64,000 nt of DNA, from assembly GCF_030684315.1 (NCBI RefSeq), contig NC_081373.1:40401989-40465988 (forward strand). Reading direction: 5' to 3'. Source of the DNA: Stegostoma tigrinum (Eukaryota). The notes beneath the pieces are model-generated. The model did not search any database and was not told the origin of the DNA. It saw nothing but the letters and a program-made list of their open reading frames with translations. Of this stretch, positions 13,708 to 25,475 are shown one piece after another. The number at the start of each line of letters is the position of its first letter. Within the stretch, counting starts at the first letter, position 1. Position numbers and translations under genes: made by a program.

Positions 13708-14025
13708 CTGAAGTAGGGTCTAGGTCTGATACTAAAATGTGAGGCTGGATGAACACAGCAGGCCAAGCAGCATCTCAGGAGCACAAAAGCTGACGTTTCG
13801 GGCCTAGACCCTTCATCATGAAGGGTCTAGGCCCGAAACGTCAGCTTTTGTGCTCCTGAGATGCTGCTTGGCCTGCTGTGTTCATCCAGCCTCACATTTT
13901 ATTATCTTGGAATTCTCCAGCATCTGCAGTTCCCATTATCTCTAGGTCTGATACGTTAGCTTTCCTTCTCCTCCTATGTTGCTTGGCCTGCTGTGTTCAT
14001 CCAGCTCCACATCTTGTTAACTCAC
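13708..14025 (+). mobile_element. Older PLE end with a degenerate hammerhead, split by a younger insertion
   Basis: ctgaagtagggtctaggtctgatac resumes after the insert as gttagctttcc..tgcttggcctgctgtgttcatccagc. Confidence 0.8.
13733..13940. mobile_element. Young palindromic PLE-end insertion
   Basis: Perfect 84-bp inverted arms (13733-13816 and 13818-13901) plus a 39-bp tail; 14-bp TSD tctaggtctgatac at 13719-13732 and 13941-13954. Confidence 0.92.
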
Positions 14026-15294
14026 AATAACCTAGTTGGTTCTACACACTTTCAGTAGCTATGCTTAGAACAAAAATATAATTATATTTTCCCTACATTT
14101 TGGACAGGATGAGCATGAACTACTGAAACCCTTTCCCTTCCCTACTGATCAAAACAAGTATGCTTCTTGAAATGGATATTCTGTGTTTTCTTAATCCTTC
14201 TGTACATGAACAATTTGAATAACCAGCAGCAAACACCCCATGGATTTAAATCAAGAGGATTATTTGTTCAGGTGCTGAGAACAAAAAGCTATGATGTAGA
14301 CATAATGGGCCGAATGACTTATTCTGTGTTGTAACAATTCTGCGACTCTACATCACCAAAAACTGTACAATTCACCATTTGCTTAGTAGCCTGTTCAGTT
14401 GCTTACCAAAAACCGCTATGAACAATATACTTCACGATTGTAATTTAATCTCACCTACTCAGATCGAATTGATTTAAGTCTGAAAACCTCATCTCACAGC
14501 TAGCCCATATTTACCAGTTATTCAAACTTAAAATCACTTCACTGGTATTGCACTCACTGACACACACTCTGTCTTTTGTACAACATACCTCCCTGTTTCT
14601 TATAAGACCAGGTAACACACAACTGCTAGAAGTACCACTTAACTGCAGAGGTCAGGCTACATTGCATGTCCTTAAAACCTTCACTCCTTTCTTCACTCTC
14701 TAATCAAGGAGCTAATGTTGCTCAATATTAGAACTGCCATGAGTGAGGTGGCAGTCCATACAGGCTTGAAATCATTGAAGATAACCACTTCCTCATACTT
14801 AACTTACCTTCTCAGTTCCCAATCCCGCCTTATCCCATTTCCTCTGATTTACAAACTGAAAATGGTCCGAAAGTGAGCATTTTGTTTCTTCCCATTGGAC
14901 CCTTGCCACAACCTTACCTTTGTGCCTTGCCCCTTTCAAATACCCAAGAACATAACCTGACCAGGCAGTGATAAAGGAATAAAAATGAAAGAGACAAGGA
15001 GATTGATGACAACAAAATGTCACATTCACAGCAACCAGCTTAGACATTGCGGGGAGTTTAAAGAATAGCTTTGAGGTAACATCTGCAGATGGTGAAACAC
15101 TGTGTACAAGTAGTCTGCAGCCAGAGCAGGGTACAATGATAGTGCAGCTGGACGGAGGGTGAGGTTACAAGGTACTGTTGCAGTAAACTCAGATAAAGAC
15201 TTCGATGGAATAACATGTAAACAAAGGCTAGCAGATATACACATAAACTATCTCAGTGCATTGACATACTGGACAGAAATCCTTCAGTATCAGC

Positions 15295-16015
15295 ATCGGA
15301 ACAGGAGTAGGCCATTCAGCATTTTGAGTCTGCTCCACTTTTCAATTAAGTCATGGCTGATCAACTACTTCACTGCCGCTTTTCCAAGTTATCTCAGTAT
15401 CTTTGATGTCCTTAGTCTCCCGGAATCAATCGTTCTTTGTCTCTAACCTGCTCAATCAATTAATTTTCACAGCTGTTTGTAGTTGAGATTTCCAAATATT
15501 CATGCCCTTCGCAGTGAAGAAATACTTGCCCAACTTAGACTTAAATGGTTTGCTCCCTATCCTGTTTTCTGATTCTCAACTCATCAACCAGCGAAGCATC
15601 TTCTCTACATATTGTGCCATGTAAGAATTTTGTAAATTTCAATGTCATCATCCTTCATTCTTTGAAACTCCAGGGAATACAGAACAGCCTCCCCAATTTC
15701 TCCTCATACAATATTGCCATGATCCCACGGATTAGTCTGGTGAACATCCATGGCATTCCCTCTTTGACAAGACTATCCCTCCTTAGGTAAAGGGATGAAA
15801 ACTGTACGGGACAGTTCAGGTAATGTCTGACCAAGGCTCTGTATAGATGCGATATGATATCTTTATTCCCATATTCAAATCGACTTGCACTGGGGGCAAC
15901 CATACTATTTGTCTTCCTAATGGCCTTCTGTACCTGCATGCTAAATTTTAATGAATGACAATCAAGGACGCCCTTATTCATTTGCACACCTGCACTTTCC
16001 AACCTCTCAGCAATT
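15295..16015 (-). mobile_element. CR1 ORF2 3' remnant
   Basis: ORF 15655-16068 contains QVQKAIRKTN..LYRALVRHYL..VQF..YLRRD..FTRLI..YEEKLGRL. Confidence 0.85.
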
Positions 16016-16944
16016 GACAATTCCATTAATAGCACCGGTGGGCTGAAGGACTTTCTGTCACTGTTCACATGTTTACAAGCTTGAGAGAAGGAATTGCTGG
16101 AATATTGAGGTCAGAATGGCACCACTGGGGTCAAATTAGCATTTCTAACTGGATGATTGCAGTACAGGCTTTCTCTACCCACACAAATAACTGACCCAAA
16201 CTGTGGTCTGGGTATATGCAAACCAGAGGTATGCACACACAACATGAACATCCATTTGAAGTCAAGATGATACCTGTCGCATCAAAAATAGAAATGCCAC
16301 ACAATCTAATTCTATTCGGGAATCTTGCTGCAATTATATAGGGCTTTCTTAAGACCACAACTTGAGTACAAGTTAGATCTCCAAAGCTAAACAGAGTATA
16401 CATTTCCCTTAACAGGAGTACAATGCAGTTTGACTAAACAGATTGCTTAAAAGAGATTAATGTCTAATGAGTAGGGATGGGCCAAAATGCCATTAGAATT
16501 TTTAATTTTACAACCAAAAACAGAGGTCCAGAAAGAGTTCAGTAAGTGTAGTCTCATTTCAGTGAGTAGTAAATAGTGCTCAGAAAGTTTTAAACTGTTA
16601 CCTTTTAAATTTTTTTTTACTTTTTCTTTTCACGTTTTTTTTCTCTGATGGCCTTTTTCTCTTCATTTAATTTCTCTCTTTATCTATGTTTATTTCACTT
16701 GTCATATCTGAGTTGAGTCCTCTGTGCTCTCCTTCCTCTCTGTTCTTGTTCTTTCTGAATTCTTATTAAGAACATTGACTGTTGGTCCTGTCGTTTACCA
16801 TTACATTCATTGTGCATCCAGCACCATACTCTTCCAGCAACTTTCAGTGTAACAGATTCAAGGTGAAGGGGTGAGAAGCAACATATTACTAACAATGTCT
16901 AACTAACATACTAAACCATAAGATACCACATTGCGCATGGGCAT

Positions 16945-18105
16945 TTTAGGCTTGTCAGCATTTTTATTGCCTGTCCCTAGTTTCCCTTGAGAGGGTGTTG
17001 ATGAGCTGCCTTCTTGAACCATTACAATGCATGTTCTGTAGGTAGACATGCCTTTAGGGAGAAGCCCCTTTTAGGCAGGGAACTGTAGGACTTTTACCCA
17101 GTGACAGTAAAGGAATGACAATATATTTCCAAGTCAGGGTGGTGAGTGGCTTGGAAGGAATTTTATAGATGTCTATGTTCACATGTATCTGCTGCCCTTG
17201 TCCTTCTAGATGTAAACGGTTATTGGTTTGAAAGGCACTGTCTAAGGATCTTTGGAGAATTTCTGCAATGCATAGTACACACTCAGCATCAGTGGTGGTG
17301 AGGATGAATGCTTGTGGGCGTGATGCCAATCAAGCAGTCTGCTTTGTCCTGGATAGTGTCAAGCTTCTTGAAAATTGTTGGAGCTGCACTCATCCAGGCA
17401 ACTGGGGAGTATTCTATTACACTTCTGACTTGTGTCTTGTAGATGGTGGACAGGCTTTTGGGGAGTTAGGTGGTCAGTTACATGTTGCAGTATTCCTTGC
17501 ATCTGATCTGTTCTTGTAGTCACTGTGTTTACGTCCTGAGTCCAGTTGAGTTTTTGGTCAATGGTAACCCCCAGGATGTCGACAGTGAGAGATTCAGTGA
17601 AGGCAACACCACTGAATGTCAAAGGGCAGTGTTAGATTATGTCTTATTGAAAATGATTATTGCCTGGTATTTGTGTAGCACAATTGCTACGTGTCACTCA
17701 TCAGCCCAAGCCTGGATACTGCCTGGATCTTATTGCATTCAAGTATGGCCTGCCTCAGTATGTGAGGAGTCACAAATGGTGTAGAACATTGCGTAAACAT
17801 TGGTGAACATTCCCACTTCTGATCTTATGATGGACTGAAGATCTGTGGTCAAAGAGACGAAGATGGTTTAGCTTAGGACAATGTCTGAGGAACTCATGCA
17901 GAGATATCCTGGAGCTGGGATGACTGATCTACATCCAGCTCAGCAATCGTCCTATGTGCCAGGTACGACTCCAACCAGTAGTGAGTTTGCTCCCAGATAC
18001 CTGATTCCAGCTTTGCTAGGGCTCCTTGATGCCACACCCAGATGAATGCAGCCTTGATGTCAAGGGCTGTCACTAATGCCTCACCTCTGGAATTCAACTC
18101 TTTTC
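16945..18105 (-). mobile_element. Non-LTR retrotransposon family B (CR1/L2 group) RT and 3' remnant
   Basis: NSRGEALVTALDIKAAF.WVWHQGALAKLES and ILGVTIDQKLNW; tail equivalent to gggcaataaatgc. Confidence 0.85.
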
Positions 18106-19149
18106 TCCATCTCAGGCCATTTTATTTCTCCTATGTAATGTACCAAGAAGATTTTGACCAAGCAACAATTGTCTCTTGAAACCTACTTTGCAATTTCCTA
18201 TCCCTTTCGAATAGTTCTCAAGCTGTTGAATTTTTGCGTTGAGCTTGCTATCAGCCGAACAACCTTAAATAAATTTGTGCCTCTTAAATTCTACAAGGAA
18301 TGTGGTACGCTGGGTGTGCTAATTGTTATTTCACTGCTGGCTATATTTAAGGCTGGGATAGGCAGATTTAGCTCTCTCACGGAATTAAGAGGGATAGGAA
18401 GTGGTCAGAAAGGTGGTGTTTAAAGCCAAGACTGGCCACCATGGTCACACTGAATGGTGGCTCAGGCTTGAGAAATCATATAGTATATACAAAATGCTAT
18501 TTCATGCATACATGTGATTGCAAAACCAGCAGTTGTGGATGGAGTATGCCTTCTCCTGCCTTACCTGTGAAGTGAGGGTTGAAACTCTTTAAGCCGCTTT
18601 GGGGCATTTAATAATGTGGAAATATGAAACATCTCTTCTCACATTCTTTCAATGTGGAATAACTACTTAAAATAAAATTCACTGTTAAGTGTCAGTGGTG
18701 TCTCATTTGCTGCATTCTCATTTCGAGGAGATTATAATCCTTTATAAAATTACCAGTCCTGAAATAAAGGAGATACCTCCAGCCTCAGTTCAGATCTTGT
18801 TCATGTTCCAGGAGCACCACCCATTTTTGGCTCAAACACATCTCAAAAGAAATTTTAACGACACAGTGTGTGTGCTTTATGACTAAAGTAGTATTTCCAG
18901 TACTGGCAGTGATGCTAAAGGTTTAAACAAATTGGAAATAGAGGTAAAAAAATACTAGGACCAGCAAACAAATGTTCAGCATCAAAGATTAGTCGGGTGG
19001 CCTGTCCTAAGAAGTGAACCTTTATTTTGTCTCATTCATTGCTTGCCTCCCTCGTATAGGTGTCAAATGTTTGAGACAGGCCACTAATGAGAGGCAACAG
19101 AAATGAAACAATATTAGTATATAATTCAAATTAATATGCATGGATTAAA

Positions 19150-20290
19150 AAAGTATTCATGGGATGTGGGATTTGCTGACTAGACCAGTATTTATTGTCC
19201 ATCCTTAACTGACCTCAAGAAGATAAAGTTGAGCTTCCTTCTTGAACAAATGCAGTCTGTGTGTAACAGGCACACTCAGAGTACATTGAACGAGGGAGAG
19301 CCAGGATATTGATCCTATATTAATAAAGGGGAAAGTGCAGCAATCTGGCCCTAAGTCAGGATTGTGTGTGGCTTGAAAGAGAAATTGCAGAAAGTGATGT
19401 TCCCAAGGTTCTGTTGCCCTTACCAGATTTAGAAGGTGCTGTCAAAGGAGTTTTGATGACTTGCTGTCTGGCATCCTTTACATGGTATTCACTGCCAACA
19501 TTATGGGACTGGGAGTGAAGTTTTAAAGAGACGGATGTGTTTGCCATTCAAGCAGGCTGTTTTGCCTTGAAGGCATTGTCAGAGCTGCACTCATCCTGGC
19601 AAGTAGAGAGTAATTCATAATACTCTTGGTATGTGCCTCGTAGATAGTGGACATGCTTGCAGGGAGAAAGGCTGAATTCACACTATATAATTCCCAGTCC
19701 TTGGCCTGTTCTAGTAGCTATAGTACCTATGTGACTGGCTCAGTTAATAGACAGTAGTAATACGACAAACTTTGTTTTAACTGGCACCTAATGCTCTCAA
19801 TAAACCAGCAATAATTGTGCACACGAAATACCTGAAGTTTCCTATATTATCGCAGTCTCCATGATGTCAGAGTAGTCAGCTGAGGGTGCGAGTGAGAGGC
19901 TGTCTCCAGTAAATTTTATTTAAGTCAAAGTTGCATTGTTATTTAAGTGACTTATACTGCAAGTAAAGTACAACAATGATGCGTATACTCCTTGCACTAT
20001 AATTCTATTGCTTAGTGAGTGTTTTTACATTCATTATGTGGACCCTTTGATCAACTGGAATATTTGGTCAATTGGTACACTCCTGGTCCCATAGGTGCCA
20101 GATAATAAAACAGTTGCTGTACGCCCAAGGTGTCGTTGAAGTGGATTCAATGATGATAATTCTGGTGAATGTAGAGGGGGAATATTTAGTACTCTAGTTA
20201 GGCTTGGCCATTGCTTGGTACTTGTGTAGTGTAAATAATACCACCCGTACATTAGACAATGTTTGAATGTTGTCCAGGACAAGCTGCATG
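19150..20290 (-). mobile_element. Family B LINE 3' remnants, interrupted (~19150-19745 and ~20120-20290)
   Basis: Starts with the reverse-complement tail ttcatgggatgtggg..tttattgtccatcc; collinear with 16945-17800. Confidence 0.7.
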
Positions 20291-20479
20291 TGGACTTTAT
20301 GTGGGAAAGATCACATTATTCCAATGCAAGTGCAGGAAAATTGAAGTAGAATATTTTCCCAGGTAGAACTTGTGCAGGGGTCCATTGAGCATTTTCTCAG
20401 GATTGACCACAAGATGGACAATAAACCAGGGATATCTTTGACTTAAGGAATGCCTTACCTGTTGTCTTCAGGACATGGG

Positions 20480-20850
20480 TTACAAAATGATCCGTAAAAA
20501 CTATGTATGTTGTTTCTACGCCATTTTCCATGATCTTGACAGGTTCTTCTCCTGAGCTTTAGGCAGTCATAGGGGATAGCTCCATGTCAAAACTCACCAC
20601 TTATTTGTCACAATTTTCAAAAGATTTTTGACAAAAGGATCACAGAAGAACTGGGAATAAATATAGGGGCTGCAGGTTCGAATGAAAATAGAAAATTAGA
20701 TAGAATATTGGTTCAGCGCGAGGAAACAAATTGCTGACAAATGGATGTTATATACTTGGAATTTGTAGGAGCTTGTTACAAGGGTTCATATTGATGATTG
20801 ATAGCTGGAGATCTGGCAGTAACTTGTTATTCTGGATAGAACGTTAGATT
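20480..20850 (+). mobile_element. Old CR1 RT fragment
   Basis: Degenerate GFRQ..SM.NS..FQK.FD..W..NW...RKQ pattern. Confidence 0.45.
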
Positions 20851-21205
20851 GAAAGCAAAGAATATAGGCCAAAGTGTAGCTACAATGAAAACTTTTCAGA
20901 AGTTGCATAACTGCTTCAGGGTGCATCCTTGGTCACTTGTTATTCATGCTTTTCCTGCAATTTTGCTGACAAATTTTATCCCACATCAGTGGCTTTACAT
21001 GGTGTAATGCTCATGTATATACAATACATTGTAAAGGAAAAATTTAACATTGAACCAATCTCATCGCAAGCATTAAAAGAAATGAGGATAACAGCCCTGT
21101 CTTTGACCTCTATGTCTGCATGTTACAGGCTGCCTGAACAGTATGTTGTTTCGTTGTGGTGATGGTAGGAAGTGGAGGAAGGGGTTAACTTTTGCCATCA
21201 CAATT

Positions 21206-21291
21206 ATGAAGGGTCTCAGCCCGAAACGTCAGCTTTTGTGCTCCTAAGATGCTGCTTGGCCTGCTTTGTTCATCCAGCTTCACACTTTGTT
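21206..21291 (+). mobile_element. PLE end fragment starting inside the hammerhead core
   Basis: atgaagggtctcagcccgaaacgtcagcttttgtgctcc..., same family as 13818-13901. Confidence 0.85.
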
Positions 21292-24200
21292 GCCATGGAC
21301 TACAGAGGATCAAGATGGTGGCTCACTATCATTTTCTGAAGAACAGTTATGAATAGGCAGTAAATGCAGGCATGAATGAATTCAAAAATCACCAATTCTA
21401 CCTCTCTGAACCACACTTGACTGCAGTGGCATCGATGTGAAGGGAGAGGGACCCTGCTCCTCCAGGCTCAAAAGCAAAATGAGGAACTTATCCTGGCCAC
21501 GGTCCTGTCTTGTGCCAGGTTTCACAGTTGGACTTGACACCAATGGTAGATCAGTGGTTAAGATTATGTCACAGACCAATTGATTAATTATTAAATGTCA
21601 AATTGCAATCAATGAGGCCATTACCTGGATGAGGCGTATGGGCCTGATGCAGCTGGAAATGCTCCAGGTAAAACAATGCAGGCATGGCTCACACGTTTCA
21701 GGAACTCAGTGAGTAATGCAAAGAAGCAGCATTTTAACTGCTTGCCAGATTTAGGACTGGATTCAGTTAACATTACCTCTAATCAATCAATTGCTCTTGA
21801 ATACACACCGTCTTATTTGTGGATGGTGCCCTTAGGATGCTGAGTTGTACAGTGAGGCAAGAGAAAGGCTGCCCTAATCAGCTCTCCTAGGGATCCTTTC
21901 TGTACAAGATTCACTCAAATTAGGCAGCTTGTGACAACTAAGCAGAAGGTTAATGTCTGGAACATCTCCTGGGCGTGGCTACAACTGTAGGCAAAAAGGT
22001 TAAACCTGAAGTATGATACAATGATTGTTTTGGGGTCTAATGGTCAGCAACATTCAAATATTGCTGAAACTCTTGTGTGCCTGCAATGGACAGTCCTAAT
22101 GTCTACTAGGAGACTAGCAGTTAAAATAGTGACAGGCACAGATGGCATCAATTGAACACTGAGGCAACATGTTGCCCTCCAGTCTCCTGTAAGTGCTTAT
22201 CTGTCTGTCCCACACATTCATTCCACCAAGTATACCCTCAGAACTTTCTTTATACGTCCTACAAGCCACTTCAAATCAGGCAGCCGCACATTAATGCTGA
22301 CTATCTGATGGTGTGGCAAGGATATAAGTCGCAACCTTGAAAGTTATCACATGGAAACCTTAAATGCGATTCTGGCAGCAATATCTGCCAAGATAAATTA
22401 GCTGTAAGGTCCTTATTCGGTTATTGAGCAGAATGGGCTGAAAGATGACCACACAAATCCCATCAACTGCAGCAGTGCAGAGACTTCAGGCAGCAATAGC
22501 ATATGCTGCTATTTGTATTGAGTTTGAAAGGAGATGAAAGGGCCAACCCTGTGAACACAGCAGTTTGTGAACATCACACACTCTATCTAATAGCTCAGAT
22601 TAGACTGGAGCAGTTTGAATACTTTTTTTCTTTAATGCAAGGATTCCAAAACCTGCCTTTCAGCACTTTCTGGCAGCAAAGCCTCTTTTCTCGATTGTTT
22701 CTGAATTGAGCACTCACCTTGTGCCATACAACAAGCAGTTATGTTTATACTCTTAGAACTGGGGAAGAGTAGCAAACAAATGAAGAGGAAATAAGGGAAA
22801 CATGCCAAATGAAGCAGCATCATTCAGTCGTCTACTTTCACCAGACTGAAAGGTTGCTCGACGAAATCACGAAGTGTGCTTATTAAAATAATATTTCTGT
22901 AAAGAGACGTAGAAGGGATTGTGACTTCAATTGAAACTGACCTCCAAACATTCCAATTTACACAAGATCTAAACATAGAACAGGCATACTTCAGGGACTG
23001 GACATAATTCCACAAAGGTGTTTGTATTCTTAAACTATAAGCAGTCAACATTTATATTTAGCCAGAAAAGATTTCTTCAAGCACAACATGGGGGCAAGTT
23101 ACTCTTGGTTACCCAGAAGGACTTGTCTCAAATACAAAGGTTTCAGCACCGTTTTTTAATTCTCATATTAATGCAGGGCCCCCTCTTATCTTAATCTCAG
23201 CCTTGGGTATGCTTGTTTCCAAGGCAACTGAGCTTTCAGTTTTCCATTGTGCAGCAATGGATAATTATTACAGCTGGAATCAAGCTAAGGCTATTGTGCA
23301 CTTTGATTTTTTATCCCTATTAATATTAACTGTTTCATCTTTGGCTCACACCCACCTATTTGCCCTGGTCAGAAACCTCTTGCCAGAAATGCCACCTGCC
23401 TGAATACTCTGCTGAGGGACATCAAGGTTATGGGCTCTGTCTGTGTAACAATCCTCAGTTTTTACTTTGCACCTTTTGTGGCTTGACCTGTTTTCTAATG
23501 ATATGGTGGAGCCTGTATTTTCTAACATCAACAGCTGAGCCTCTTTGTCTTGTTTCTAGATCATTCTGTTGACCAGCCTCTGACATCTCCAAGCATAGAT
23601 TTCAGAAAGCAGATACAAAATGATGCATGATGACCAACACATGTGCGATGACCCATATCCAAGGATGGATTTCTTTATTAATTCCTCACTTGCACATGTC
23701 CTGCCATCAAACAGTGGCCTTAAAGTCTTAATTTCTTCCTAAATAGCCCAAAATCCTCTGACACTGGTTGGATCAAGCATGACTGTTTGCCAGATCTTTT
23801 TGGTATTTGGGCAGGTGCTCCCATCAAAGATGCAAGCCCACCCCCCATACCCCAAATAGCCATTACCTGACCTCCATTATCTCCACCTCACCTATGTATT
23901 CAGTAGCCCTCCTCACACCTCTGCAACTGAGCATTCAGTCTCTCCTCTCCACCTTTAGGTCCCCCAGTTTCCCTTCCCACAGCACTGGCCCTTGACAAAC
24001 CCCTCCCATTTGAGTTTAACAGATTGACACCCAGCCCAACCCTAAACTGACCATAGCCCACCACCTTGAGCAATTTAGCTGGACAGCTGAAAACATGAGT
24101 AATCAGACCCTGCTTGATATCTGTAAGGTTCCCTGACTGTGTTCTTACAACTCCCTAGATAAGTCATACTGGACCCATTGGGCTGACTGTGACCTACTCT

Positions 24201-25376
24201 CCAGTCTTCAGAGGTACAGCCCCACTGACCATGACCATCCTTATAGGACACCTGGGTGGATATTGGAGACTGGACTCTTATCCAAGCCCCAGAACTGATT
24301 TGGAGTCTGCTGATGACTTACTGTGTTGTGTGCAAAGTGTTTCTTGCACATGTGGCAGACACATGGTGCAGTTGTGAGATTGACAGATCAATAAGGCATA
24401 TGACCAAATGTCCACTTTCCTGACTGACTACTGCTTACAGCCATGACAAGCTACCTGGCTTCGAGTCAGTGCTGTACAGCAAGGCAATACAGCAATATGA
24501 TGAGCCTCGGGTTTGGGGTGCAGGGTAATGCAAAGTAAGGCTGGGATGCAGTGAGCTTGCAGGTGGGCACCAAGCAAGTGAGCACAAGGGGAACAAGAGG
24601 CCCTGCAGATGCAGCTTGTTCCAACCTGTCAGCTGGATGCCTGCCCTATGTGCTCAGTGGCCCCTTGCAGGTGCATTGCAATGATAGTTTGTGGAGCATC
24701 CTGAAGGGCAACACTTAGAGGTTTAAAGTAAGTGGATCATTGATGCACTACATGGGGAAACTGGCAGGTGTTGGATACTAGCAACCATTGATGTGCAGAA
24801 GCTGTCTGTCAAGCGAGCCTAAGATATTGGTGCCCAGTGCTCAAGATAGCAGTGCAGAGGATCAGGCAGTGAGTTGGAGTCACCAGGTCCCTGCCCTGAC
24901 TTCCATGTTGGGAATTTTGCAGTGTCCAGTTTTCAAGTGGTGAATGGTAGGATCAGAAGCTGCCTATTAACGAGGTGAGATTCAGTCTTGATGTGGATGA
25001 TAATGAGCAAAAATCCCTGTCAATAGGTATCTCACTGCTCTCCAGCAAAAATCTCACCTTGATGTCTGGAAATCTTTTGGAAAATGCAACAAGTTGCTCC
25101 TGCTTTTGAGAAAGGCCTCATTCAAATTTTCATGCAATTTTCTCAAATTTCTTGCCAAAGCCCAAGTTGGGCACTATAAGGTCCTTCCCGCTATTGTCTG
25201 ATGTCAATTAATCTTGAAGTAGGGCACAGAGTAAACCTGATTGTGGCTGGTAGTTTAAGAAAAAATTATGGCTATTCACTGGTGGAAAAATAACTCAGCT
25301 GTGTGTGACAACACTTCAGGGTATAGAATAAAAGAGGGTAAAAAAGTAAAACTTAAAATAAATAAAGCAAAGCCAG

Positions 25377-25460
25377 GTAATCGCTTCAACGGCACATACA
25401 CAAAAATTGGTGCAGTGTAGAAAAGATTAACATGGCCCCTATGCCAGGGTGACACATAAA
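25377..25460 (+). pseudogene. RNU6: U6 snRNA retrocopy, nt 1-84, 3'-truncated
   Basis: Gapless manual alignment to recalled vertebrate U6 gives 63/84 identities; the ACAGAGA box is mutated (gtagaaa). Confidence 0.9.
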
Positions 25461-25475
25461 ATAAAGCAGATCCAA

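Noticed and set aside
13733-13940. MITE (DNA transposon) interpretation of the palindromes
   Set aside because: The arms are PLE terminal sequence, the structure is asymmetric with a one-sided tail, and TSD lengths vary (8, 14 and 15 bp).
23790-25100. Probable old DNA-transposon remnant upstream of the array
   Set aside because: Composition is suggestive, but no ends or coding motifs could be supported.
25377-25460. Functional U6 gene with a PSE/TATA promoter
   Set aside because: The 3' 22 nt are missing, the ACAGAGA box is mutated, and there is no oligo-T terminator.
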